This document shows positions 8,608-18,138 of a stretch of DNA of 55,998 bases, piece after piece (position 1 is the stretch's first letter; every line of letters begins with the position of its first letter). A program made the position numbers and the translations under genes. Origin of the DNA: Candidatus Acidiferrum sp. (GTDB taxonomy: Archaea; Thermoproteota; Bathyarchaeia; Bathyarchaeales; Bathycorpusculaceae); NCBI GenBank assembly GCA_035623315.1, contig DASPTR010000189.1, forward strand, positions 1 through 55,998, in the 5' to 3' direction. The notes under the pieces are model-generated. The model saw nothing but the letters and a program-made list of their open reading frames with translations, did not search any database and was not told where the DNA came from.

Positions 8608-9720
8608 ATGTTGAACAGTGAAGGAAATATGAAGACGCTGATGGTTGTAGTTGGCACACGCCCAGAAATTGTAAAAATGGCGCCGATCATAAAAGGATTG
8701 GAAGAACGCAAAGCTGATTACATCTTCGTGCACTGCGGCCAACACTATGATTATAACATGTCAGCACAATTCATTGAGAATCTAAGGTTGCCCAAGCCCG
8801 ATTTTGAACTCAGAATCAGAGCATATTCACAAGGCGAACAGACCGCGCGTATAATGATCCGCATGGAACAGTTGATGAAGAAAGCTCGTCCCGCCACGGT
8901 TTTGGTTGAAGGAGACACAAACGGCGTACTAGCAACGTCCATTGCATCCCTCAAACTTGGAATAGACATAAGCCACATTGAGGCCGGACTAAGAAGCTTC
9001 GACTTGCGCATGCCTGAGGAACATAATAGACGCTTGACTGATCACATGTCAAAGTATCTTTTTTCACCAACTGAAACAGCAGCGAGTAACTTGAAGAGGG
9101 AAAATGTTTGGGGAAACATCTACCTGACTGGCAACACCGTCATCGACGCAGTGGGCCAGCATTTGCCGATAGCTGAAGAAGAATCAAGAATATTAGAAGC
9201 CATCAGGTTTGACAAGTTCGCTTTGGCAACGGCCCACAGAGCAGAGAACGTAGATAATTTGAAGGTTCTTGCCAATTTCATCGAAGCCTTCACAGCAGCT
9301 CCTATACCAGTCGTCTTTCCTATACATCCTCGAACAAAGAAGAGACTGAAACAAAACAGGGTATACAACAGGGTGAAAGAGCACGGGAATCTGCAGATTC
9401 TGCCGCCGCTCGGCTATCTTGACTTTCTGCTTCTCATGAAAAAATGCGAAATGATAGTGACAGATTCCGGCGGAATACAAGAGGAAGCCACGTCGCCTTA
9501 TTTGCGAAAACCAGTACTTGTCATTCGAATGTCCACTGAAAGACCAGAGGCCGTCGAAGCAGGATTCGCGGAGGTTATTGGAACAGACAAGCATAAGATA
9601 CTTGAAGCCATAGATAGAACGTTGCGAAAACGAAAAGAACTGCCCTCAACGTCTCCTTACGGCGACGGCAAAGCAGCCGAAAAGATCTTGTCGATAATCG
9701 ATAAAGAGCTAAACCTTTAA
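8608..9720 (+). CDS. wecB: UDP-N-acetylglucosamine 2-epimerase (non-hydrolysing)
   Basis: Blocks seen: MVVVGTRPEIVKMAPI, VLVEGDTNG, HIEAGLRSFD, PEEHNRRLTD, TDSGGIQEEA. A second ATG at 8629 (MKTLMVV) follows a GAAGGA box. Confidence 0.9.
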   Translation: MLNSEGNMKTLMVVVGTRPEIVKMAPIIKGLEERKADYIFVHCGQHYDYNMSAQFIENLRLPKPDFELRIRAYSQGEQTARIMIRMEQLMKKARPATVLVEGDTNGVLATSIASLKLGIDISHIEAGLRSFDLRMPEEHNRRLTDHMSKYLFSPTETAASNLKRENVWGNIYLTGNTVIDAVGQHLPIAEEESRILEAIRFDKFALATAHRAENVDNLKVLANFIEAFTAAPIPVVFPIHPRTKKRLKQNRVYNRVKEHGNLQILPPLGYLDFLLLMKKCEMIVTDSGGIQEEATSPYLRKPVLVIRMSTERPEAVEAGFAEVIGTDKHKILEAIDRTLRKRKELPSTSPYGDGKAAEKILSIIDKELNL

Positions 9721-9897
9721 TGCGATCACGTGTTCCCATGTTTATTTTCCAAGCACAACGGAACAGGGATTTATCTGTTCTAATGTTCTCCCCCCGCCGG
9801 AGCATAGATCGTTGTCGCGACGGGTTGCTCAGTGGTTTGTAGGCGATGCCTACCTACAGGCCTAAAAGTCTTTTGAAGCTGTCTGATCAAGGTGTTC

Positions 9898-10689
9898 TTA
9901 CGAAATGTATGTTATCTTTTTGTCTTCTTCTTTTCGAGTCTCCTCAGCTTGTAGAGCTCTTTTTTCTTCAATTTTCTGCAGGCGCGTGACCATTTTTTCT
10001 GCTTTCACGATTTCGTCGTCCAAGCCTGTCAGGTTCACGTCGAACTTGAACATGGCGTGCAGCACTTCTAGCACGCTTTTGGCCGCATCTGGATCTGGCA
10101 GGTACCCGCGTGTTTCGCCTAGGAGGCAGAGAGCATCGACTTTTTTGAAGCGTGCCATCCCCAACACTAGGCCAGCGGTGCCCACGATTGGGCTTCCCAT
10201 AGGGCTTAAGATTGCGCCAGCTTGTAGGGCTCTGTCCAAGAGGGTTTTGTCCGTGGCTGCTGCCAAGACCTTTGGTTTTTCTTTTGTTTCTACCCTGTAA
10301 CCGCCTATTGTGATGATCATTTTGACTTTGCGTTTCTCAGCGAAATTCAATAGTTGATCAGATATTTCGTATTGTCCTTCGATTGTTTGTGCCTGACTAT
10401 CCCCGGTGAAGAATATGAGATCGCTCTTCGCATTTTTATTCTTCCAATAGTAGAATGCCCCGCTGAGGAGCCTGACGCCGCCCTTCTTTCCAACGAGGAC
10501 AAAATAGGGAAAATGTGGTGAGTAAAGGTTTGCGAATCTTTCGGCTTTCAATTGTCTGACCAAGTACCGCACGGCAATCTTCCCTACGAGGCCTAGGCCT
10601 GGAAGACCTTCGATCAAGACGGGATTGTCCAGATCTACGGTTGCTGTCTCCCTGATGAAAGTCTCTTTCACTCCGTTTAACTCTCCCAC
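9898..10689 (-). CDS. PAC2-family proteasome assembly chaperone (PbaA/PbaB-like)
   Basis: It has NPVLIEGLPGLGLVGKIAVRYLV near the N-terminus, a charged coiled C-terminal tail, and ends ...KKITYIS. The GTG start overlaps the nop10 3' end by 13 nt. It is a paralog of 43916..44671. Confidence 0.8.
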   Translation of the reverse strand: MGELNGVKETFIRETATVDLDNPVLIEGLPGLGLVGKIAVRYLVRQLKAERFANLYSPHFPYFVLVGKKGGVRLLSGAFYYWKNKNAKSDLIFFTGDSQAQTIEGQYEISDQLLNFAEKRKVKMIITIGGYRVETKEKPKVLAAATDKTLLDRALQAGAILSPMGSPIVGTAGLVLGMARFKKVDALCLLGETRGYLPDPDAAKSVLEVLHAMFKFDVNLTGLDDEIVKAEKMVTRLQKIEEKRALQAEETRKEEDKKITYIS

Positions 10690-10838
10690 TTGAGGCGCAT
10701 CTTGTATTTGAGGTACTTGTCGTCAGGCGAAAATTTCGGCGGATGCGGCACACGAGTTTTTCCTCCACAGTATGGGCATACATCCTTCTTCAAAGTGTAG
10801 CTTCCACATTTCTCGCATTTTCTCAGAAGCCAAACCAC
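10677..10838 (-). CDS. nop10: H/ACA RNP protein Nop10 (53 aa, below the ORF-track cutoff)
   Basis: My translation is (GTG)VWLLRKCEKCGSYTLKKDVCPYCGGKTRVPHPPKFSPDDKYLKYKMRLKWES*, which shows the Nop10 zinc ribbon and the PHP-x-KFSPDD signature. The GTG shares one base with the aIF2alpha TAG stop, matching the conserved aIF2alpha-nop10 order. Confidence 0.85.
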   Translation of the reverse strand: MVWLLRKCEKCGSYTLKKDVCPYCGGKTRVPHPPKFSPDDKYLKYKMRLKWES

Positions 10839-11629
10839 TACTTTTCCCTTCTGAAGCTACCATGTCCACCTGCTTGAGTGACGTTTGAAACCACAGTCTC
10901 CGCCACTTTCTGCAAGATTTCTTCTCCATGCTTATAGTTGTCAGCTAGGACTTCTATTCTATACTTTGGAGCAGCTACAACGTAGAAGCGAAGCTTGGCA
11001 TTTCGAAGTTTTTCAGCTTTCTTAGCGTTTAGGAAGGCCTCCTTGATGACGTTGACGCCGTTCGGCTTCATACAGCTGACTTCGACGATGCCTTTCATTT
11101 TGACCATGGGAATATTGATTCTCTCTTGTGCAACTGTTGCGAAAGCTTCTGCGAGGTCCTCAGGTATGCCGATTTTGGTCAGAACTTCTGTGCCTTCTTT
11201 GACGACTTTTTCGAAACCCTCGTACAGTCCGTACTCTTTTTCGATGACTGCGCCAGCCTTTTCATACACCTGTTCAGGCGATGACCCCACTTTCTCAGCT
11301 ACATCCCGAAGAAGAGTTTCGCCTTTCCGGTCTTTCTTCCACGCCATCATCTTTTCAATTTTTTCTCTCTTCGTAACCCTTCTCAGCGACAGGTCTATGT
11401 GCCCTTTTTCTGCGTTCACATGTAAGACTTTCAGAACGACTTTTTGACCTTCCCTCACGAAGTCACGAATGTTCCTGATCCAAGAAGAGGATATTTCGGA
11501 AACGTGAAGTAATCCCTGTTTGTCGTATTCATCGAGCTTCGCGTAGGCACCGTAATCTGTGACATTCTGTATCGTTGCAATCACTAGGTCTCCAGCTTCA
11601 GGCCACTCTTGTTTGGTCCGAACTGCCAT
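10838..11629 (-). CDS. eif2a: Translation initiation factor aIF2 alpha subunit
   Basis: S1 domain GDLVIATIQNVTDYGAYAKLDEY..GLLHVSEISSSWIRNIRDFV. 263 aa with an ATG start. Confidence 0.95.
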   Translation of the reverse strand: MAVRTKQEWPEAGDLVIATIQNVTDYGAYAKLDEYDKQGLLHVSEISSSWIRNIRDFVREGQKVVLKVLHVNAEKGHIDLSLRRVTKREKIEKMMAWKKDRKGETLLRDVAEKVGSSPEQVYEKAGAVIEKEYGLYEGFEKVVKEGTEVLTKIGIPEDLAEAFATVAQERINIPMVKMKGIVEVSCMKPNGVNVIKEAFLNAKKAEKLRNAKLRFYVVAAPKYRIEVLADNYKHGEEILQKVAETVVSNVTQAGGHGSFRREK

Positions 11630-11643
11630 GTGCGCTTTTCTCC

Positions 11644-11841
11644 CTACTCGAAAACTGCGACTATTTCGCCTTTGATCTTAGCCTTGCCACCGGCTGGCTC
11701 AGCTAATTCAGTTCCGCAGACGTTGCAGTTAACCTTGTTGACGGCGCTGCTGAAGACTATCTGCTCGTTTCCACATTTTAGGCATTTGACACGAACAAAA
11801 CTGCTTCTCGGCCTCGGAATCAACTTTTCCCAGTCTGACAC
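11644..11841 (-). CDS. rps27e: 30S ribosomal protein S27e
   Basis: Zinc ribbon VKCLKCGNEQIVFSSAVNKVNCNVCGTEL. The track ORF starts at a TTG at 11865. The GTG at 11841, preceded by GGAGG 9 nt upstream, gives the usual size of about 65 aa. Confidence 0.9.
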   Translation of the reverse strand: MSDWEKLIPRPRSSFVRVKCLKCGNEQIVFSSAVNKVNCNVCGTELAEPAGGKAKIKGEIVAVFE

Positions 11842-11857
11842 AACATAAACCTCCAAA

Positions 11858-12133
11858 CTAAGCAATCACTAATTTCCTTAATCGTATGCCATCCTTATGT
11901 CTCATGTAACCGCAGACCTTGCATTTCAGTTTCAAAGTCTGTTTCTTAGTAGTCTTAGAAAATTCCCTCTGAAGCGGATACTTCTGCCCGCCGTAACCTC
12001 TTTTCTCCCTCGCATGAGCCCGTTCCCCTTTGGCCATAGCCCTACGCTTTCCAGCCTTGTAAAGAGAAACAGAATGAGCCTGATGCTTCTTGCATTTGGG
12101 ACAGAAAGTTGTCACTTCTTTAGGAACATTCAT
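11858..12133 (-). CDS. rpl44e: 50S ribosomal protein L44e (eL42)
   Basis: MNVPKEVTTFCPKCKKHQAHSV...KLKCKVCGYM is a C4 zinc ribbon. ATG at 12133; the track begins at a GTG at 12142. Confidence 0.9.
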   Translation of the reverse strand: MNVPKEVTTFCPKCKKHQAHSVSLYKAGKRRAMAKGERAHAREKRGYGGQKYPLQREFSKTTKKQTLKLKCKVCGYMRHKDGIRLRKLVIA

Positions 12134-12467
12134 TCTTGCCACTACCAGTCTTCCAATGAGAATACAACCGTATTCTTATACTTTTTTACGATGCGTGGAC
12201 GACCAAGCGATAACAGCCAAGGGATATGGTCTTCGAACAGCGTCATTAATATCTACTATCTTGTGAAATTGGCTGTGAAATTGTATCAGAGATTGTTGGA
12301 AGGTGTTGAAACAGGGAAGCTGCTCCGAAACTAAATCGCCTCATCGTGTTTATGTTTATCAGTGAGCATAAATACTGGTTTCAATTGACCTTTGCAATAG
12401 TGATATTAAGCAAGTGGAAAATGGCTGTGACTAGATTACGACCAACAAACAGGACAAATCCACCCCT

Positions 12468-13535
12468 TTGCTTGGAAACCATGAAAAGATGAAAGAAACT
12501 CGCACTTTACTAATGAGGGCCCTTCCTGTAATCTCTTTTATTCCGGCTTTCTCTATATTGTATATTCTCTATCCTGCAAGTTTCGAAGCCACTTGGAAGG
12601 GCAGGACATTCTATCTTTTCTTCATGTGGTTGGTCTGCTTGGAATTGATACTTAACTGGGATAAGATCCAAAAACCCAAAGTAAACAGAACGAGATCAGT
12701 GAGAACCGTCCTGTTCATCGCGGTCCTCGTACTTCCCACAGTATATGTGATCGCCTCCAACTATTTGGGAATAAACGATGCTCTCGTGAATTTGGCGACT
12801 AAATATAATGTTGATCCTACCTTGGTGGGTTGGGTGCCTCTTTCAACGGAATACTTGGTGCTGACCGTGTTTTTTGTTTTGACAGTCTATCTGGGGTTTG
12901 GAGCGCGATCTTTGAAGGATTTTGCACTTCCAGCAATTTTTCTGGCTGCTATCGGCATGATGTACACCATAGACAATTTCTTCCCAAACGGAACCTTCAC
13001 CCCATTCCAGCTCCCCGTTCCAATAACTACTCAACTTGCAGCCGACGTTCTAAATCTAATGGGACATGCCACAAGAATCACTGAAACAACAGGAACACCT
13101 GACGGTTGGCTCTCCATTCTCCACGTGATTGATCCAAAAACGGGTTTAGACATTATTTCCCCTCCAATTGCAATTGCTTGGCCATGTGCAGGCGTTGAAA
13201 GCCTTATAATTTACACGATAACAATCCTGGTCTTTCTGCAGGGCAGCACCATATCGTGGACGCGCAGAGCGATTTATTTTGTCTTCGGTGCTGTCGTTAC
13301 TTTTTTCATTAACGTTCTCAGGATAGTCACACTGTTCACCATCGCGTTGCAGTACGGCGATCAATCATCGCAATTCAATGATTTCCACTTTTACTATGGT
13401 CAACTTTACTCTATTACATGGATAATGCTCTATCCACTGATAATAATAGGCGGTCAATTTCTCTCGAACTGGTTCAAAGCCAGGGCAAACGGAAGGATTC
13501 TTCTGAACTCAAAAGATCTTTCCCTCGCAAACTAG
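12468..13535 (+). CDS. Archaeosortase/exosortase-family transpeptidase (polytopic membrane protein)
   Basis: It is a multi-TM protein with the family's ordered Cys-Arg-His signature: IAIAWPCAGVESLIIY, then FINVLRIVTLF, then FHFYYGQLYS. The in-frame ATG at 12489 is a possible true start. Confidence 0.7.
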   Translation: MLGNHEKMKETRTLLMRALPVISFIPAFSILYILYPASFEATWKGRTFYLFFMWLVCLELILNWDKIQKPKVNRTRSVRTVLFIAVLVLPTVYVIASNYLGINDALVNLATKYNVDPTLVGWVPLSTEYLVLTVFFVLTVYLGFGARSLKDFALPAIFLAAIGMMYTIDNFFPNGTFTPFQLPVPITTQLAADVLNLMGHATRITETTGTPDGWLSILHVIDPKTGLDIISPPIAIAWPCAGVESLIIYTITILVFLQGSTISWTRRAIYFVFGAVVTFFINVLRIVTLFTIALQYGDQSSQFNDFHFYYGQLYSITWIMLYPLIIIGGQFLSNWFKARANGRILLNSKDLSLAN

Positions 13536-14080
13536 GTTACGTCTATGCTTTCGGCTAGACGTTGTTTGACTAAGATTCTCGCGTTGTCTAAAGGTACAGA
13601 CGCAACGTCTTCAGCTTGAAAAGACCCATAGGCTTTCATGTCCGCGCCAATTATTGCTGGCACATGGACAAGAAAACGGAGGAAGGCCCTTTTGTGTTCG
13701 CCTTTGGCTTCAACTCCTATTCGGCGTCCCTGCAGAACCTCTTTGATTAGGTTTTGAAACGCATCTGAAAAAGTTGGAACGTTGCTGAAAATTCTCACTT
13801 CATCAGCAGTTAGGACGTCAGGCGGAACCTTCATCCCCTTGGTGGCCTTCTTGACAAGTTTTCCGTAACGAGCTCGAATTAATTCTCGGATCATACGTTT
13901 TGCGTTTTGCGTCTCTCTCTTGAGCAGATTCGCCTTTGCGGTTCTTTTGTCGAGCATTCTGCTCTCCTCTCCGAGTTTTCTGACGTAATCGGCAAGTCTA
14001 GCGTAGAAGTCTGAGGAAAGTGTTGTCAAATCGTCATTTTCGAGCTCTTGTTTCCAAGTCTTGTACAATTCTTCGTACAT
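13532..14080 (-). CDS. gins51: GINS subunit, Gins51/Gins15 type (A-domain N-terminal, B-domain C-terminal)
   Basis: A helical A-domain is followed by the B-domain FLRFLVHVPAIIGADMKAYGSFQAEDVASVPLDNARILV. Its ATG lies 1 nt after the priS stop, the known priS-gins15 linkage. Confidence 0.7.
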   Translation of the reverse strand: MYEELYKTWKQELENDDLTTLSSDFYARLADYVRKLGEESRMLDKRTAKANLLKRETQNAKRMIRELIRARYGKLVKKATKGMKVPPDVLTADEVRIFSNVPTFSDAFQNLIKEVLQGRRIGVEAKGEHKRAFLRFLVHVPAIIGADMKAYGSFQAEDVASVPLDNARILVKQRLAESIDVT

Positions 14081-14081
14081 G

Positions 14082-15326
14082 CTATTCTGCTACCTCTGCC
14101 CTTTTCTTGCAAATAAGGAGTATGGCCGCCGCTGTAGGCAGTTCGATTTTCTGGTTCTTGTATGGACCGAAAGTTTCATCTCCGATCCTGAATTCAGGCG
14201 CTTCTGAGATCAAAACACTAACAGTTCCCTTTGTAAACGCTACCGCCATTTTCATAGGGTCAAAATCTTCAATGCTCGATGCTGAAAACTCTGACTTCTC
14301 CAAGCCTGTTTTCCCATGCAAAGCGCCGCCCAGCCTGATTAGTCTATGTATGTCCGTCGTGACGACAGTGTCCACCTGTGCAGACAGAGAATCCACGCAA
14401 TGATCAACTATTCTCGCCCACGTTTCAAGACCCACCCCTTTCAGAGCAAGGTAAGGCCCCACATCGTCCCAACTTTTTAAGATTGCCACCCTGTTCTTTG
14501 TAATTGTCTCTACTACGTTTCTTCTCAGCTCCAGTTTCGCATAGTCCTCATTCTTTCCCTTCAGAACAAGATCATACATGCATTTGGCGATCCTCCCGTG
14601 CCAACCAAGGTCATCGAGACGAGGAGCATTCGGAGGTCTCGCTTTGGTTGAGTTTTTTCTGTCGACACTGGTAAGACCAACGTCTAGCCCTAGAGCCGTC
14701 ACGTAGTCTACGATTTCTTTGCGTGCGCCGGCGTCAAGGGTCTTAACAGCCTCGCTCTCTACGTGCACGTGATAACCTCGGTGGCCAGAAAAGAAAACAT
14801 GCATGTCCTTTGGAGAAAAGCCAAAATCTTCAAACAACATATTCACAAGTTTGGCCGTCTCTCCCCCTGCGGATTTTAAACATTCTTCACAGGGCCAAGT
14901 TTTAGCATCAAACCTCTGTCCACTGCACGCTGGACATTTCTCAGGAATCAAGCCCTTCCCTTCAAAGCCGCAATTGCTGCATTTCCAAATGTCATGAATC
15001 TTACCGCAAGGCGCATCTATATGGTCAGCATCAATGTCGAAAACTAGATCCGCTCCCAACCAACCCTTCATGTCCATTTCCGCCAAAGGATTCTCATAAT
15101 ATGCACAGGAGAAATAGGCATCTGAAGGGACACAAGTCCGCAAATATGATCCAAGCTCATCGATGCTACCGAAGCACTTGTGCCGAACCATCTGGCCTTC
15201 AAACAAAGCGAAGCCAAACTCTCGACTCTTCATTACCGACGGGAACGAGATGCGAGGCTGATCTTGGTAGTATTCGGCGAAATTCTTCTTAACGTACAGC
15301 AAAGAAGGGTGATTCACTGGGGACAT
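14082..15326 (-). CDS. priS: DNA primase small (catalytic) subunit PriS
   Basis: AEP motifs are present: DLVFDIDADH (catalytic DxD) and FFSGHRGYHVHV (sGxGxH). A zinc-knuckle insert reads CSNCGFEGKG...CPACSG...CEEC. Confidence 0.9.
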   Translation of the reverse strand: MSPVNHPSLLYVKKNFAEYYQDQPRISFPSVMKSREFGFALFEGQMVRHKCFGSIDELGSYLRTCVPSDAYFSCAYYENPLAEMDMKGWLGADLVFDIDADHIDAPCGKIHDIWKCSNCGFEGKGLIPEKCPACSGQRFDAKTWPCEECLKSAGGETAKLVNMLFEDFGFSPKDMHVFFSGHRGYHVHVESEAVKTLDAGARKEIVDYVTALGLDVGLTSVDRKNSTKARPPNAPRLDDLGWHGRIAKCMYDLVLKGKNEDYAKLELRRNVVETITKNRVAILKSWDDVGPYLALKGVGLETWARIVDHCVDSLSAQVDTVVTTDIHRLIRLGGALHGKTGLEKSEFSASSIEDFDPMKMAVAFTKGTVSVLISEAPEFRIGDETFGPYKNQKIELPTAAAILLICKKRAEVAE

Positions 15327-15366
15327 CCTTCAAAGGAGATTGCTCAGAGAATCTAATAAGACTTGG

Positions 15367-17991
15367 TCAATATTGGGGGAAACTTTGATAACCGAAGGGG
15401 TAAACTTCCTGGGTAAAAAATTGATCGTAGGGGGATTTTGAGAATACCACGATCATAACGCCAGTTATGTTCTGATCCTGTGGCATAGGTACGTCGAGAC
15501 TTGAAGCTTTAACCTCATTTTTCGCTAGTTCATAAGAACTGGACGCAAACACTCCAGACGAGAATGGATAACCTGAACAGAGCATCTGAGCAATGTCATG
15601 AGCTATTACGTCCTCCCCTGTGGCCGTGAAAACCGTTCCAATTCCACCTCCGAACAGAAGTAGATGACCAGCTCCTACAGGTAGACTACTTATGGATGTT
15701 CTTGCATCCGTTGAATTGGTAGTCTCGCCAAGCACGAGTCCGTTGACTCTCTCAACTTCTGAAATGAGTGCACCCATGGAAGCATCTGGATATTGCAAAT
15801 CGAGCGCACTTGAGAAGCCAGACTGAATTGTCGCGAACTCTGATTGCTCAGAAGGCTCGCCGATAGGTGCGAATCCGAGAATTTGATCTTGAACTTGCGT
15901 GAAATTGTTTCCTGAGAAATGTTCAATGCTGCCGTTTCTCAAACCTGTAAGGTATGCAAAGGCATCTCCGATCCAGATTAGCGTCCCTCCTGCTTCGAGC
16001 CAGCCATGGACGATGCTTTCATTATTCGAATGTACAGTTTCTGGAAAGACTCCTGAAGGAATTATTATGACTGAATCATAGTCCTGCTCCATTACACTTC
16101 TCAATTCATCGGCATTGACGATTTCTATCGACCCTTTGTATCCCCTGAGGCGAAGTTCAACTGGCGCATGGTCAAGGAAACCAGCCCATCCAGCCCTTGT
16201 GACAAAAGACGATGGATAGGCGTCATCGTAGTAGATGAAAACTGCCTTGTTCGCTGTTTCATTCATGCCAGATGTTGCTGGAGTAGCAAAAACCTGCAAG
16301 TCAACCGGATAACTACCAGATCTTATGTTGTATCCTATTCCAACGCGATTATCAAGTTGGCTTTCAACGTAGACGGTAGAGAAGCTGACGTTTTGTTGTA
16401 CCAAAGGTTGAGCAAATGCTAGGACTTGACCAATCAATAAGAAAATGAAAATGAACATTAAGACTTTCGAGGGGTTAACGGTCCACTTTCTCATTTCAAG
16501 GCTTATCTTTACACCGCTCGGTTGACTCTCTTTCTGGGAAAGTTTTGAAGAAATCTGTGGCTTGGCAGATCCAAGTAGAGATGCAAACGTGCCCGTTAGA
16601 CATGAGAACAAACCAATTACGCCAGCAATTCCAGAGATCAGAAGGACAATCGACCCTCCTCCGTTTTTGAAAAAGTTCGCATTTGCGTATACGGATCCAA
16701 CTCCGATTATCTGCGCGTACACGGCTGCCGGATAGAAATAGTAGAGAGGCCCAGCTACTCCGATCAGGAAAACTAACGCGGACAACGAAATCAAAAATAG
16801 ATTCTTCAGATTACGATGATAGAGACCATAGCTAAGGACTAGGAATGGAAGTATCCAGAGAATATACTGAGGATTTACGGTGAACGACGTCAAGTATATT
16901 GCCACCAAAACTGCGATATGACCCAAAATAAAAGTTTCCAGTGAGTCTCTATGACTTAGGAAAGAACTGAGGCTTATCAATAGGATCAATGCGACGAGCA
17001 GAATTTCCAAACTTACCGATGCGAGTCCTGCGCGACCCGCAATGTAAGGCAGTACCCACTGTAGCCCAGGAACATAGGCAATGTTAAACAGAGTCAAGCC
17101 GCCTAAGGAGGTTAAAATCGTCCTGCTGAAAACATCATGAATAATGTTGCTGTTGATCAGAGGTATCAAAAACACGAAGAAGGACAACGACATGCCTCCA
17201 ATAAATTTTGACCAGCTAACGAAAATCTGCTTGACGCTCTCTTCAGCTCTCCCCGATTTGCCCTTTTCCAACCTTGCAGCTGTAAATAGATACAATGGAG
17301 CCAGAAAAATCGGGTAGATTTTGAATAACGTGCCAAGACCCAATGCGATTCCGGATGCCAGATATTTCCGTTTGTAAAACAGACAAAAGGACAATACGGT
17401 CATCAAAGCAGGGAGGACGTCGAATTGCCCATGAATAGAGTCTATGTAGATAACAAGGGGATTGAAAAACCAAAGGATAAAAGAGAACCTCGCCTCCTTT
17501 TCTTTCCCGGACTCTCGTACAATATCGTAAATTATGATTCCTATTAGCAGATCGGCAATGAACAATGGAATCTTTGAAAGAAGATTAAACAAAGGAGATG
17601 TGATTACTGTAGGGAGTTCCCAACTTTCAAGTGGTAACACCAAAGTATTAGTCGCGACTCCCAACACGTTTGGACTTGTCAAAACGCTGACTAAATCTAG
17701 GAAGGGATACTCGATGTATGCCCACAATGGGGGATAGCTGAAAGAATTTGTCGTATAGATATTAAATCCTCTAAGCAGATCATTAATGGCCCTGTACAAG
17801 ACAGCCATATCAGATTGATACGCAGTGAAAGGAGCAAAGACAAGCCTCAAAATGACCCCGACCAGAATGAGACGCAAAAGGGGGTATGTCTTGAATCTCG
17901 AGAATTCTTTAGACATTCTATCTAAGTACGACGAATGCCATGATGCCATAGAACCCAACCGTTGCTGTGCCATCGTTGTTTTTCTATACAC
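15367..17991 (-). CDS. Fusion protein: GT-C fold glycosyltransferase module (DUF2029/GT87-like) plus an uncharacterised extracytoplasmic domain of about 340 aa
   Basis: 874 aa. There are more than ten hydrophobic segments in residues 35-480, with the first-loop motif SDMAVLYRAINDLL..NIYTTNSFSYPPLWAY. An anchor helix lies near residues 515-535, followed by a sequon-rich domain (ELRLRGY, IIIPSGVFPE, GGTLIWIGD, LPVGAGHLLLFGG, DIAQMLCSG). It is collinear with 23749..26373. The GTG start is uncertain. Confidence 0.6.
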   Translation of the reverse strand: MYRKTTMAQQRLGSMASWHSSYLDRMSKEFSRFKTYPLLRLILVGVILRLVFAPFTAYQSDMAVLYRAINDLLRGFNIYTTNSFSYPPLWAYIEYPFLDLVSVLTSPNVLGVATNTLVLPLESWELPTVITSPLFNLLSKIPLFIADLLIGIIIYDIVRESGKEKEARFSFILWFFNPLVIYIDSIHGQFDVLPALMTVLSFCLFYKRKYLASGIALGLGTLFKIYPIFLAPLYLFTAARLEKGKSGRAEESVKQIFVSWSKFIGGMSLSFFVFLIPLINSNIIHDVFSRTILTSLGGLTLFNIAYVPGLQWVLPYIAGRAGLASVSLEILLVALILLISLSSFLSHRDSLETFILGHIAVLVAIYLTSFTVNPQYILWILPFLVLSYGLYHRNLKNLFLISLSALVFLIGVAGPLYYFYPAAVYAQIIGVGSVYANANFFKNGGGSIVLLISGIAGVIGLFSCLTGTFASLLGSAKPQISSKLSQKESQPSGVKISLEMRKWTVNPSKVLMFIFIFLLIGQVLAFAQPLVQQNVSFSTVYVESQLDNRVGIGYNIRSGSYPVDLQVFATPATSGMNETANKAVFIYYDDAYPSSFVTRAGWAGFLDHAPVELRLRGYKGSIEIVNADELRSVMEQDYDSVIIIPSGVFPETVHSNNESIVHGWLEAGGTLIWIGDAFAYLTGLRNGSIEHFSGNNFTQVQDQILGFAPIGEPSEQSEFATIQSGFSSALDLQYPDASMGALISEVERVNGLVLGETTNSTDARTSISSLPVGAGHLLLFGGGIGTVFTATGEDVIAHDIAQMLCSGYPFSSGVFASSSYELAKNEVKASSLDVPMPQDQNITGVMIVVFSKSPYDQFFTQEVYPFGYQSFPQY

Positions 17992-18138
17992 CGAGCAAGT
18001 CTAGGTTGACTTAAAATCAGAAAAGCTTTTTGTTCAGACCTACCAGAAAACGCACCTAGCGGAAGAAGCGTTATTAGAATGACTTTCTAATTCAATTAGG
18101 GTATCGACCCTTTTGACCATATCCAAGGCGAATCGGTA

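Noticed and set aside
9721-9897. A tRNA-like string (gggttgctcagtggtttgtaggc) and a hairpin (gtaggc-atc-gcctac) in the convergent spacer after wecB.
   Set aside because: No acceptor stem, D-stem complement, anticodon arm or T-arm (GTTCRANYC) can be built on either strand. The hairpin is more likely part of a bidirectional terminator region.
12262-12283. The direct repeat tgtgaaattg-gc-tgtgaaattg in the L44e/archaeosortase divergent spacer, considered as a stand-alone regulatory finding.
   Set aside because: It is too short, and being AT-rich it could easily arise by chance. It is mentioned only as context under the archaeosortase finding.
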